DNA of 47,727 nucleotides from Perkinsus olseni (Eukaryota): NCBI GenBank assembly GCA_013115125.1, contig JABANN010000245.1, positions 1 to 47,727 of the forward strand, read 5' to 3'. Shown piece by piece: positions 34,445 to 46,466 of this stretch (position 1 is its first letter; each line of letters starts with the position of its first letter). The notes under the pieces were generated by a model. It saw only the letters and a program-made list of their open reading frames with translations, ran no database searches and was not told where the DNA came from. The position numbers and the translations under genes were made by a program.

Positions 34445-36576
34445 ATGCCTGGTTCGTCTGACACCACTACCTGGAAGGACATCTCTACTTTGGACTCGGG
34501 TGGCTTGGCGGAGTATCTTAGAGTAACCAACCTCGTGCTGGCAACAGTTTCCGCCGTGTCGTTCTGATTCGGTTGAGGTCCGCTTTGTGCTTCAGAGCCG
34601 AGGCTTCAAGGTAGCATCAGCGATAGTGTGGCTGGAGAGCTCTGCCAAGGCGAGTGGCTGGCACCTTAAGAACTGGGCCAAGGCTGTTGAGGGCCTGCAA
34701 GTCCAGCAGTGGGTCCTACGCTGTGACTGTTGGCGACGACTTTGGTGTGGTTCAGGATGAGGGAAATGGTGGACAGGGTGTATCGAGAGGACACGGAGAG
34801 GTTTCGCAGCTTCGGCGTCTTCGCTGGTATGCACAGCTCCGTTCCGATGAAGGAGTTGGAAGAGTTGGTACGTCTCGGCTGCAATGACGAGCCGCCACCA
34901 GACGGTATCGAGCCCGACGCGGTAGAGGGAAGTGCTGAAGGGGAGCTACTCACTACTCAAGAGATGGATGACGCTGGGGCCTCACCGGCCAACTGTCAGG
35001 ATATTCTGGGGGTATCGTCGCTGTCCTCAGAAGGGGTAGAGGAAGTCATGGAATCAGTCCTTGAGGAAACGCAACCTCCGTACGGATGCTTCCTGGGTGA
35101 TGCGAAGAGAGAGGAGGGCCAGGGTGCTGTCGAGAGTGGCGATCCCGATGGGGATGCTGAGATGGAGGGTCCTGATGACGCCGTGGCGGCTGAAGAGGGG
35201 GCCGGCAGCGGGGTGTCTTCCGAAGGGAGTGAGGTGTTTCAAAGGAGGACCTCAAAGCGGTTGAGTGCGGGGAATTCTAGTACTTCATCGAGTAACGGTG
35301 TGAAGAGAAGAAGATCATCGATGACAATAACGACTGCGCCAACCCGGAGATCAGCCACTGTAACGGAGTCATGAGTCCATCGGAGCTTCTAGTGGTCACA
35401 AGGGCGGCTATGCATGTCAGGCTAAGGGCTCGCCGACCACGCGAAGGCGCTTAGCAGGTAGCTGCAGTAGCTCGCCCGTTGCTCGGACCAGCAGCGGCCG
35501 GCGTATGAGTTCAACGTCCCATAAAGTGAGCACCGACCGCTAAATCACCCAGCTAGAGCGAAGGGTAGATTTGCGATATCCCTCCGTGTGCGCTAACCGT
35601 AACCCTACCCATCAGCGCTGTCGAACAGGCGTATAGCACGACGTTCAATTTTCGTTCGGAAGGTCCTCATGCTCTCTGGGGTCGGTGTTGCTATCGAGCG
35701 TTCCGCTAACGGACTATGCAATAGACTGGGAGGCGCCAAAATTGAGAGCCTAGACCGCTGCCTCGAGAAAGGAGTCACTCCTAAGCCCTCTCATGTAATT
35801 GTCCCCAATAAGAAGGCCGTCGTCACCCTCAAAGTAATCGTGATTTTGGGAGAAGGCCCCTTTGAGTCATTCATCTAGGTGCTTTACGGTCTTTGTACTC
35901 CTACATGTAGCATTGTACGAGAGGGGTGGTTGGCCGCTTGCCGCTCGGCTTCACAGTGGCTACCAGTAGACCAATACCTTGTTGAGGACTGGGCGGATAG
36001 ACCTAGCTGGACTGTTGGCAAGAGTGGGCCGCTAGAGAGAATGAGAATACACTTTTCTGGAGAAGTGGGTGGCTGTCGTGTATCGAGCCGCTGTAGTATC
36101 ACCTACGAGTTCGCTGGTCAGATGCAATCCATTCCGAACGTTGAACATTATCACAATCTCGTCAGACTCTGCGGCGGAGTCGTAGACAAGGAGTCCCCGC
36201 GGGGAGCTAGGGTGGTTGTCGTCGGAAAGAACCACAAGCTCCCCGCGAGATTGCTCTTTGATCTCAAACACGGTAGCAGGGTTTATCAGTCTAGGAAGCA
36301 TTGTGTAGTTTCTAAGCCGGTTTAGCTTAGTGGTAGAGCGTCAGTCTTGTAAACTGAAGGTCGGCGGTTCGATCCCGCCATCCGGCTTTTCTAATTGCTT
36401 TTGGCTCGCGCTGAAACTGCGCATGCCATGCTCCATCAGGTGTCGTCCCTACACCCACCTTGGTAACCGAGGATTGGTTAATGCAGTGCTTGAAGACACA
36501 AACTCTTATTGATGAATTCGATCAATATCTTCCATCTGGAATATTCGACGACGTTCCTGATGAATGGCATGATTGA
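34445..36576 (+). CDS. Multi-exon protein with acidic middle and C-terminal tandem BRCT domains
   Basis: LMLSG...SHVIV...VTLKVLYGL...IVREGWLAAC...WLPVDQY (BRCT1); LVRLCGGVV...LVTEDWLMQCL...DQY (BRCT2, completed by exon 36440-36576). Linkage of the 34445-35370 part is less certain. Confidence 0.8.
36316..36387 (+). tRNA. tRNA-Thr(TGT), intronic
   Basis: Acceptor GCCGGTT/ATCCGGC (one U-U pair); anticodon stem TCAGT/ACTGA with TGT at 36348-36350; T arm GGCGG-TTCGATC-CCGCC; TTTT follows. Confidence 0.96.
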
Positions 36577-36691
36577 AGCTAGTTTAACCTTGCGCATATT
36601 GTTGAGTTGCGGCAGCCAAGGAAAGACGTTGGAGCTACGGCTCCCAGTAGATCCCAATTTATGCCACCCCCTCGTGTGTTTTTCGCTGTGT

Positions 36692-36766
36692 ATGGCGAGA
36701 TTCATTGAAACCCGAATCAACTTGATTCAGAATCAAGTTGATTCGGGTTTCAATAAATCTCGCCAT
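36692..36766. repeat. 75-bp near-perfect palindrome (37-bp arms, 1-nt centre)
   Basis: 36692-36728 versus 36730-36766 with a single mismatch (36703/36755). Confidence 0.95.
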
Positions 36767-37818
36767 CAATGATTCTCATCATACCCCTGTGCTTTCGCAT
36801 CTGGATCACTCGCCTCGAAATTGTTGCACAATTTTATGATGGCTCGAATCTTATTCTTGTACGAATCAAATCTAAGTAAGCTGCATGAGTAAACAGAAGC
36901 TCTCCGGCGTCCGAGTATATCACCGCCTTCCTTCTCCTTATTCGTTGCTGCGGTACGGTCCACAATCGCCCTCTCCCACACACGAGAAATGGGGTTAATG
37001 ACCTCGACTCCGATGTGGGGTTGTACGCCGAACTGTGCGACATAGACGACTGCACAGGCTTCGGGGTCCTCTGTAATCATGTGAAGTTCGGGCCACAGCA
37101 GATCTGCGATCTGCAAGGGAACGGCAGTAGTGCTCTGAGGAATTGTTGCTATTTCTGCCGAGCTAGGTCTTACTTTGTGGGCACTCTAGGGCTCGGGAAG
37201 ATCACTTGGAACTGCTCAACTTCAGTTGGCTGATTCCCTTTCAACCGGCATGTCGAATCGCCTCTTCCTTTCCAGTCTCAGAGGGGTAATTGTAGTAATG
37301 TGCAGCTTCTGGTTGGAGATCTGCTCAGGTACGCCGTCTTGCTAATGCGAATGATGAAACTCGTCAGCAGGCTGGGAAGTGAGAGACCTTTCCTTGTAGT
37401 GCGACTGATAGATTCTGCTGCTGCCACTCAGAATGCGGAGCGCAGGGGAAGAGGGAGGTCAATCGGCTGAGGAGATTGTTATGCAGGATGTCGGCGGAGA
37501 TGACAACAAAGGGTATTGATTTTGTCGAATTCCGAAGAGCTTAGCAGCCGTGTCGAGCCGTAGAGCCTATAGTGATCTGTGCAGTAGTATTTCCCAGTGG
37601 GAAGCGTGTTTCCGTAGGTCCGCTGGTGTGGTACGCAAAGGACGAGGCCACGGCGGTGAGAGAGCTCTCTTAGAGGCGTAATGAATGCTCAGGGTGTCGC
37701 CGTGATGCACTATATCACAATCGACGTCATTCTCGTCGTTATGTTTCGGCAGGCCACTTTTATCCTCTTCCGCTCGACGGAGGCGAACTGCCAGGGCTTC
37801 TGCTGCCGACGTTGCCAT
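36766..37818 (-). CDS. Multi-exon hypothetical protein
   Basis: ATG ORF 37567..37818 and terminal ORF 36766..37116 with plausible splice sites; no recognised domain. Confidence 0.5.
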
Positions 37819-38118
37819 GGAAGATGGCGAATTTGGGAATCATAATCGAGGGTAGTACCGAGGGGTTATGAGTCGCTCATCATTTCCCTGTGCATGACGG
37901 AGGTGCTAGGGTAGCGTTGGTCAGGGACGTAGTTATAGGAATTCCGCCGAATGCGGAGCCTCTCGCTCAGCCATAACGTTCGGTAATTTCTTCGAGGATA
38001 ATACTTCTTACCATAATCGCATACCACAGTAATCCTTCTGTCACTTTCAGTGGGGCTGCAGCTAATGACGATACATCGTTCATTAATTCGTATTATCCGC
38101 GAGGAAGTGGCGGCAAGG

Positions 38119-39226
38119 ATGCGTGGAAGCATGACATGTAATACTCGAACCACTAGTAGTGCACCCACGTCGTTCGGCAGGTACTCGGGCCCAATGTCCG
38201 CAGGCTCGTGGGTGTTCGTCAGGAACTGCCCTTCCACTGTGACGCCACAGCAGCTGTATCATCTCTTCCAGTCCACTGTCAACAGTCCGGTGGTTTCTGT
38301 CAAGGTAATAGCACCATCGGGTGGTGACCGACACTGTCGGCATTAGATCGGCTCAGGTCCACAGAGGTTCCATACCGACAGCCCTCATTGGGTTCGTGCG
38401 GCGTGACGCGGCGGAGACGGCGGAGCAGAAGCTGCATGGCCGGGATGTGGATGGAACGATGCTGAAGGTCAGACGGGGGAGTCGTAGGCGGCTCGGAAAA
38501 GTTTATTCTGGCGTCGACGTTTCGTGACACGCTCTGCCAACCGCGAAAGTACTATGCGGAACGCAGCTTTTCGATACGGATGTGATCGGCTTGGACGTCA
38601 GCCGATAGAAAATCGAGTTGGCCCACGTTCAGCAGCTCGTGGCTGCTGTGGTGGGGTGACCATGTTCTTTAACGCGTATGCTGCTGTGCGAACGCAGTTT
38701 GACGCGTCTTCGGTTATACATCCTAGGCGTTAGAATTGGCGGAAGCAGACTTTGGCCTTCCGGACTGTTTGCATACGCTGAATCTTTGAAACTTCAACAA
38801 GTTTTATAGCTAGATGGGACCTGAAAGCCTTGCCGGTTATGATCGTCCGTTGCAACCGAAAATTGGGCGCTCCTGGTGGAGCTGATGCTTCGTCATAGTT
38901 CATGTTCCCCTGTGATATGCCAGCGGCGATCGAGTTGACTCGTAGTCTTCTCTTTGTTCAAGGTATGCAAAGTTGACGAGTCCGTCGCGGAGATTGAAGA
39001 ACCCGACGAAGAGGAAGGCGACGCTCGCGCGTATTCTAATGGCAGAGCTCGGACGCCCCCTCAAAGGGCTCGCTCCTATGGGGCACCGAGAAGGGGAGGA
39101 TGGGGGAGTCGCAGCGCCCCTGCACAAGTGAGACGTACACCCTTCAAGAGACGCTCGGCTGAAGGAAAAAACCGTGATAACATCGTGTTGAAGACCAACA
39201 GGAGCGGGGGAAGGTTCCGACGATGA
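38119..39226 (+). CDS. Single-RRM RNA-binding protein with R/G/S-rich tail
   Basis: RNP2-like WVFVRNCP; ALIGFVRRDAAETAEQKLHGRDVDGTMLK|V; last exon rich in R/G/S. Confidence 0.8.
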
Positions 39227-39642
39227 TGACTACTAATTATGTAACACCGTGTACCATTTGATGTGGGGAAGTCCGTATACGTGCCGGATGATGTCGCCAT
39301 TGGGTGGCGGCGCGACAATAATGGTCCAATGACCTACAAGTGCGTACACTATGCAGTTGGTCGTCTGCCTTGTTGAAGTGCTGAAAGCCTGAATAAGATG
39401 TGGCCCAGAAGGACTTTCTTTTTCTCCATCATTTGTTTGGTTTAGTAGTCACTGCAGAGGCTACCTGGGGGGGGGGGGCTTGAGGGTTCACGCATCAACC
39501 TAACAACGGTTTTCAACAACTACACAACGAAGGAGCACACCGCTAGCTTCTCACGACTGTCGATCTCACCAAGTCCACAGTAGTCTTTATATGGCGCGTT
39601 GATTGTGGTGGTGGCGATAGAGTTTGTTTTCTATCGATATAT

Positions 39643-40344
39643 ATGGGTAATACTTTTGAATGCTGTGAGCGGCAGAACTCTGAGGAGCAGCTCGATCTGC
39701 CGAGGAGCGCTCGAGGGAGGAAGGCAAACACGTTCGACTCGTTACCATCGTTGGCTGGCGATGATTCCAAGGACCAGGAGGATGCCAGTGTGTTGCCATC
39801 CCCAGTAGGACGTCTCGGTGTGTTCTTCTCATTGATATCCATGCTGAGGTACGAGGGTGGAATATGTCCAGCGCTGGAATGGATGGTCTGTCGTGGACGG
39901 TGGAGCTCCATCGAGTGGAGGGTGGGATGATTGGGCTTGTCCTGTGGGGCAACTGATGATGGTAGGCGATCGGCTCGGCATCGATGTCGACCATCAGTAC
40001 CCTGAGTATCTTCTGGTTGAGCGAGTGACAAACGGTGGTGTAGTGGAAAGGTTCAATACAGAGAACCCCTCGCTAGCACTGAGTCGGGGGGATCATATTG
40101 TTAGAGTAAGTCCACGGGCAGGTAACAGTACGATTGCGGGGTCATCAGACGTACGGTAGATGCTGCCTTGCTCGCTCAGGGCGCGCATGTCTTTCTTATT
40201 TACTTGCATCTGATCCGGATTCCAAAACATGCTTATATTGCGAATGAATGGCAGGTGAATGACGTCACCGGCGACTCATTGAAGATGATTGAGTGTTGCC
40301 GCAAGGAGAAGCATTTAGTTTGGCGTGTCGTGCGTGGAAAGTGA
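39643..40344 (+). CDS. Small PDZ-domain protein with predicted N-myristoylation/palmitoylation
   Basis: MGNTFECC N-terminus; RLGIDV...LLVERVTNGGVV...LSRGDHIVR|VNDV is a PDZ pattern joined across an intron. Confidence 0.75.
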
Positions 40345-40667
40345 CATCCCCGAACTTCCGTGAAGTCGTGCACTCTCTCACAGGGGAAACAATTCATTCA
40401 TCACCATACTTCGTTGAGTTCCCACGAGTGAGTCGTACGGAGTATCCTCGAAAAAGCACTCTCTCAATGTTACGCTCAGTAGATGTGCTGAAGACCATTG
40501 CGGCTTACGGAACAGCCTTTGCTCCGTATTTCTTAAAGCAGAGCTTCCATTGGAAGTCGTACCATTACCAACTTAACACAAGGATCGTCGCCCGTAGCTA
40601 AAGCTAGAAAGAGCGATATTCGTCATTATTGTTGATGTACCATTAGAAATTCAAGTCTTGTCCTTAA

Positions 40668-43077
40668 CTACCGCTTCTTCACTTTGTCTTCGAAAGCCTC
40701 CGCACCACGTACCTGAGTCCTTCCCGTATCCGCCATCCGAACGGTATAGCTCACCTCGGTCTCATGGCGAGCATTCAGGGAGGCATCATACCATGCAGGC
40801 TGGCACACTCGACACACTTCTTCGCTATACCATCGGAGGCATCTCTCACACCGCCGCGCAGGATGGAACGGATGCTGGGGAGGGCAGATCAACTTGCCAT
40901 GTAGAGGGCGTTTTGCCTCACCTCATCCTTCTTGAGGGTCCTTGGTAGCCTACAGCTCGTGTTTCGGAAGTCCTTCACGAGCCCAGCGTTCTTGCCGGCA
41001 TCACTGCTGCACTGCACCGAAGGCTTTGCGCCGAAGAGCTTTGCAAAAGCAGAGAGTACGGCGTAGTTGCGGCGCGAAGAGCCCACCCGGTACGAGTATA
41101 AAAGATTAAAGCTTGGCATCTGAACCCGTTTAATTTGAGAGGATCCCCGTTGGGAATGAGAGCAGAAGCGACTCATATACCGTCCACGATAGCAGTGCTC
41201 AGCTATCAGTCTGGGTGCGAATCTAGCGAACCCTTTTGAGAGATCACCAAGCAGCCGTGAAGAATAGCCAAACCAGCAGGCCAGCCTTTCCGTGCACTCT
41301 CGACTAGTGAACAAGATTCGTTGGGGAGATCAAAGGAAAAGAAATTAACATACTCGTTATTGTGCAACTTCAACTTCGTGGCCATCTCGAGTAGGGTCCT
41401 TCAAGCAGCGGCCTCGTGAAATTTAAACTCGTACGGCTTCTCGTTTCGACCACCCTCGCCATCGGAGCTTCCCAGAGGCCCTACAGATAAACAGGACCGT
41501 TAGTTGTATGGCGACGACCTTTGCCGAGCTGCTTCCCGACAGCCACGCCGCTCTTTCGGGATCCCGTTCCGCCCCGTACCTACCCAATGGCCCCCGTCTA
41601 CCCCTCACATCACCCTTCGCACAGGGCACTGAGTGCTCATGTTGATGGTTTGAACAATTAGTCAGGGTATTTATCATCAGACCCTTTCCCACGAGGTACT
41701 ATCAACCCTCCGGTGAGCGTCACTTTTCCCTTTCTTACCGAGGAGGCTGCGTAGGCAATCTCAACCCTTCTTCTGTTACGGCCCGCTGCTCGCTGAAAGG
41801 CGGGAAAGACGACCTCCGTCCACATCTTCCGAGAGAGACTTCTCGCCGCGTTGCTCTCTGGCCCTTCCCCAGGCACCTTCAACTGCATTGTCAATCGACT
41901 ACGACCAAGATGGAACTCACCAGAATTTTGAAAGGGCTTCGAGTCAGGTGGCCACTCGTGTCCTCCTCATCGACTACGTGCTTATACTGCCCCTCCTCGA
42001 CCCATACATGGCAGATGCTCGTGTGAAGCTCGCCGATGTCTCGATAGATAAAGTCAAAGAAACCAGCCAGTGTGACGGACCGCGCGACACGAAGGCTCTT
42101 GTTGTAATAGCAAAGACCAAGCAATATGAGAGCGAAGGTGCTCAACGCCTGATGCTGCGAATCCAGAATGTTGTCTTCTTGAGAGACCGCCCAGCCCTTC
42201 AGGCTCTGCAGAAAGTTGCGCAAGTCGGGTCGGGAGGCAACCAGGTCGCCGATCTGTCCAAACAGTTTTTAATTTCGTGGCGAGTGACGCTTTTGCTACC
42301 CGTTTGTCATAGGAGCCTCTAGTCTCGTCCCCATAGGACAGGTCAACTTCAACAGTCCGAGGCTGGCCTCTCCTCGATGGCCATCCCTAAAGTGACACCA
42401 TCTTGTCATCGACCGTTGGGAACTACTACCCAAGTGAATTTTAATTTGACCAAGGGTATCCTGGCCCAAGGGATCCTCTCTATCGTCTTGATGTGCATGT
42501 AAGGGCCCGCCTTGCCACTGTTGATGTGATTCATCACGCGATGACTGGCGTTCGTGAGGGCTTTAACCAAAGGCTTACCTGTCCACCACCACAACTACTA
42601 CGATACACAGCAAGCGCGTCAGAGGGCAGAGAGACGATGAGAATAGAATCCGGGACACCGCGGTGACGGACAGAAGACGATGATGGCGATGCGTCGATTG
42701 TGTCCTCTCTCACTACACACCAAATGCTCAGTAACAACGGTTCCATCTGGCTACAGCGAGAAAACACTGTTGTGTAAGTCAGTTAGTTTCGGCATAACTC
42801 GGTAGCGTACAGCTCTTGATGTTAACAGAACGAGTTAGCATTAGGATTCCGGTGTCGACAGTAGTGGCCTTGTATTACCTCTAGGGGCTAGGGAGCCCTC
42901 CTGGTAAATAACAGCATCCAAGTCGCTGCCCTCTAGGGCCAACCCTTGCGCAAATGACCCTTGGGCCTTCACCGACAAGCCTTCACTCTCCAAAGCCTCA
43001 CTGGCAACATCCAGAAATTGAAAACAGGTCTCAATCCACCATGACGGTGCTGGGGCAGCGGCACTCGGCATCGCCAT
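40668..43077 (-). CDS. Cid1/TUTase/Trf4-type non-canonical nucleotidyltransferase, multi-exon
   Basis: QGSFAQGLALEGSDLDAVI (GS...DxD), ARIPLVKL, VEVDLS, LKGWA, LSTFALILL and NAARSLS motifs. The 3' end is approximate. Confidence 0.8.
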
Positions 43078-43191
43078 GAAGTAAAGTCAACATAAGCTCT
43101 GATCCTGCGTTCCCCGCTCATCGACGGCCTCCTGGGCAACGCTGAGCCCCTGGTTTCAGTATGAAAATTTTGACGTTGATATTACGAGCAA

Positions 43192-44764
43192 TTATATGGG
43201 CATTCTTTCACTCGAGGCTATCGTGCCCTGATGGGCCAGTCGAGCGGTCCCCTTCTCGGACCACTCCTTCTTAGTAATCATGAGGTGCTGGAAGGAGGAT
43301 AGGCTGCCCAGTATCTACACACCAATTGACGATATTCGAAGCGTCACGCGCCACGAAATTACCGATGCTCCGAGCCATGCCGAAGACCGTCGTTCAGCCT
43401 GGGTTTCCGCTGCCAACAACCGAGCTCTCGCCATCGACGGGATGCTGCTTACGCCTGAGTCGCCACCACTACTCGGCCCAAGGCACCTGACGAAGAGACT
43501 TCCAAATACGCCGGGCCTCCCAAATACTACTGTCGCAATCTTTGAGGCAAGTTCTCGACACAACTCTGTCCGCCGGTGATGGTGATCGACCCGCAGACTC
43601 GCTGCCTCACGTCAACGTCCACTTGCGGGACTACCTCCATAATCATCTTGTGGAGACCTTGGAAGCCCGTCAGATTTACAGGGGACAGCAACGAGGTGCC
43701 AGGCACGGTCCCTCGCGGCAGATGACTCGACAGACGGTTAGCCGCACTTATAAAACCAGATGGATCGAAGAGCAACTCCGGCAAGGCTCGGGCGAAGTCC
43801 TCCGGAGGCCTCAGGGACGCCAAATCGGTGCCGTCGGGGAGAGTGTAGCCCACAGAAGCACTCATGGGGGACCCTACCGGGGAGGGGCAGGGAGAGTTCC
43901 GTCCACTCAGAGTGCCAAAGATCGCTTGGATCTGTTTACCTCTCAATGGCGACGTCGCTAGCCGGGCACAGTACGAGTGCTTAGCATCACGCACCCGTTG
44001 GAGTCGTGCAGCGGATTGGACACTATGAAGATCTCGTAGAGACGAGGCGCCTAGTAGCTTCTCCAAAAGGAAGGCGTCCATGGTATCCCCTCCTACCGGG
44101 TACTCTACTGAGGGTCTCTGCATGACGAAGCCGTCCATCACTGGCACGCAGCTGACCATGCTGGCCCCTACGTCCAATACTAGGCTGCAACTCTGACCGT
44201 GGCTGAATGCCGCCATGGAGGCTCTCCGCGGCATATAGACGGCTGGGCAGTTCAACCGTTCGAAAGCCAACTCCAGGATCTGCGACCGTTGAATGGGGGA
44301 TATGTTGTTAGGGGACACGATAAGCATTGGGGCCGTCGAAGGGGCAGGTAGACCGCCCCGGCCACCGAAACAGAAGCCAGCGATTGCCTCTAGGCCGTCC
44401 ACGTCCATCCGTACTTGCCGTACCCGATGGTCGTAGAAGACGCAAGGCTTCACGCTACCGCAGTTCTGTAGGGTCGAACTGGTGTCATACAGTGACATGC
44501 CGGTAACGTAGCGACGCGCTCCTTGAGGGGGTGTATTCCCGCTAGCCGATTGCAGTGCTCGACAGACACCTGAAGCATGCGTGCAGTCACCCGAGTGACC
44601 CCCCTTTTTCTACTACCTAATACACTCGGTCCCTCAATGGATGGACTATCATCGCCACATATGCCGGCCCGGAAGTTGGCAGCCCCGACGTCTAGCACCA
44701 TCGCTGGTGGCGTTAGCGTAGCGTAGCAGTCATTGTCATACTGATCCGCATGGTCAGCACTCAT
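43192..44764 (-). CDS. Actin-related protein, ARP4-like
   Basis: MVLDVGAANFRAGICGDDSP; ILELAFERLNCPAVY; SLVLDVGAS...VPVMDG; YTLPDG; PELLFDP; ITITGG; ERRSSAWLGAS|ILGSLSSFQHLMITKKEW. Confidence 0.85.
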
Positions 44765-45788
44765 ACTGCAGAGGTCCCGAGTTCGATCCCCGCCCAAGGT
44801 ACGACTCAACTCAACAGGAGTAGTGTCACTGCAGGAGCTTGTTTTCATGTTCTTCGTCATCATTAATCTTCCGCAGTCGACCGAGTACCACACGGACCGC
44901 TTGGAAGAGTACGATAACTGCTAGGCCGATGAGGAAGGCGAATAGCCTGATACAGCATCACACTAACCACTGCTACAGGCCCGTCAAAAACAATCGTTGG
45001 AAAGGAGAAGAGGATAACTCAGAGGAGAAGATTTATGAGTCAGGCAATAAGAATATGGTCTGAGGATTTCGTGGTTGAACTAGTCGGATTAACACTAGCA
45101 GGACTTCAGCTAGTTGGATCTAGTTTTACGTGGGTTGCGCGGAGTTTATAGTCCGTCCGAGAACATCCTCCACGGGAGTGAGTTGAGTCGCCTCGGAACG
45201 AGCTGGTTGGATTATTGGCTTGAATACCCTCACAAAGTCTAAATCGAATGCTTCACAAGGCACGGGGATACTCCCAAGATGCCTCTAAGAAACTGTGTGA
45301 CTGTCTGCGGTACGGCAAAGATGGTCGACGCCAGTGCCCTCTTGGATATTCACGGACGTTCGAGTGGAAATTTGAGGATCCCCGGACCGACGCTGGGCAG
45401 ACCCTGAGATCACTTCGAACGTGTAGTAATTAATTCTAGCTCAACGTAGCGCGACATACCACAAGTCTGATATCTCCGATGACGGAGGATGCCGACTGTT
45501 ACTACCCAGAGTCACTGAACCCTCGTGCCTTAACCACAGTGTACTCTGTCCTACTGCCATCCGCTCTTGCCGCACCCCTACCAAGGAATAGGACTATGAT
45601 GAGGTAGTAGAATGCCGAGAGAAGCATCATCCGAGGGGCCTACTACTGCCAACCATGCCATGACGCGCCGAACACAACCACAGTCATTGATGACGAACAC
45701 TATCAGTATCATGACGATAACAGTCCCATGATCTTAGCCCGCCTTCTCTGTGCCCTCTCTTCGAGCTTCTTTGAGTAGGAAAAGGTCT

Positions 45789-46400
45789 TCATGCCGGCTC
45801 CCTTGGCACTCGTCTCGATATCACACTCTCTGAGACGCTCCAACTCCTCTTTGTTGTGACGAAGTTCAGCCAGCAGTGTGGTGATGGTAGGTATCTAAAC
45901 ATCCGTGAAAAGCCATAATCGATCTCCATTCCCACCGAGCGATGGCTGTATATGATATCCTCCTTAGTGCGGTACACTGCCGCTGATAGAGGGTCCTTGG
46001 GCGCCCCCAATCGATCTCTCTCGGCCCGTTTCTGAAACCACCGTTCATAGCGACCCTCCTGGAACCGCTAGTACTACCATTTTAGCGTCTTTAATTTGGG
46101 CTTCTTTTATCGCAGCAGTCTTGCGAGCCTCCCTACCTATGCGTGCCTTATCTCTATCCGATATGTTCTTCTCTCTCAAAGCTCGGACGGCAGCATCATC
46201 GGAAGTAATTGGCATGTTTACACTGGTCCGTCGTGGCAAGCGGCTTCGATGATGCTCCGTCACGCGCCGCATAATGTAGCGCACGCCCAGACGCGCCAGT
46301 CCTTGCGTTCACGAAAAGTCCAAAAGCGGGTCGATGTCTGTAGGGTTGAGTTCCACTCGCTAATACGACGACGAGCGCTACTCATCCGAGATGAAGACGT
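45789..46400 (-). CDS. Probable spliced hypothetical gene
   Basis: Consecutive minus-strand ORFs (46045..46284 and 45789..46010) with splice-like boundaries; no motif recognised. Confidence 0.35.
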
Positions 46401-46444
46401 CAATTATGTCAAAGATGAATACATCCTCGCCGGGAGCTTCTTGG

Positions 46445-46466
46445 AAGGTCGACGACCTTAGGTCGT
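46445..46466. other. 22-bp scar, inferred target aaggtcgt
   Basis: aaggtcg-a-cgacct-t-aggtcgt. Confidence 0.85.
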
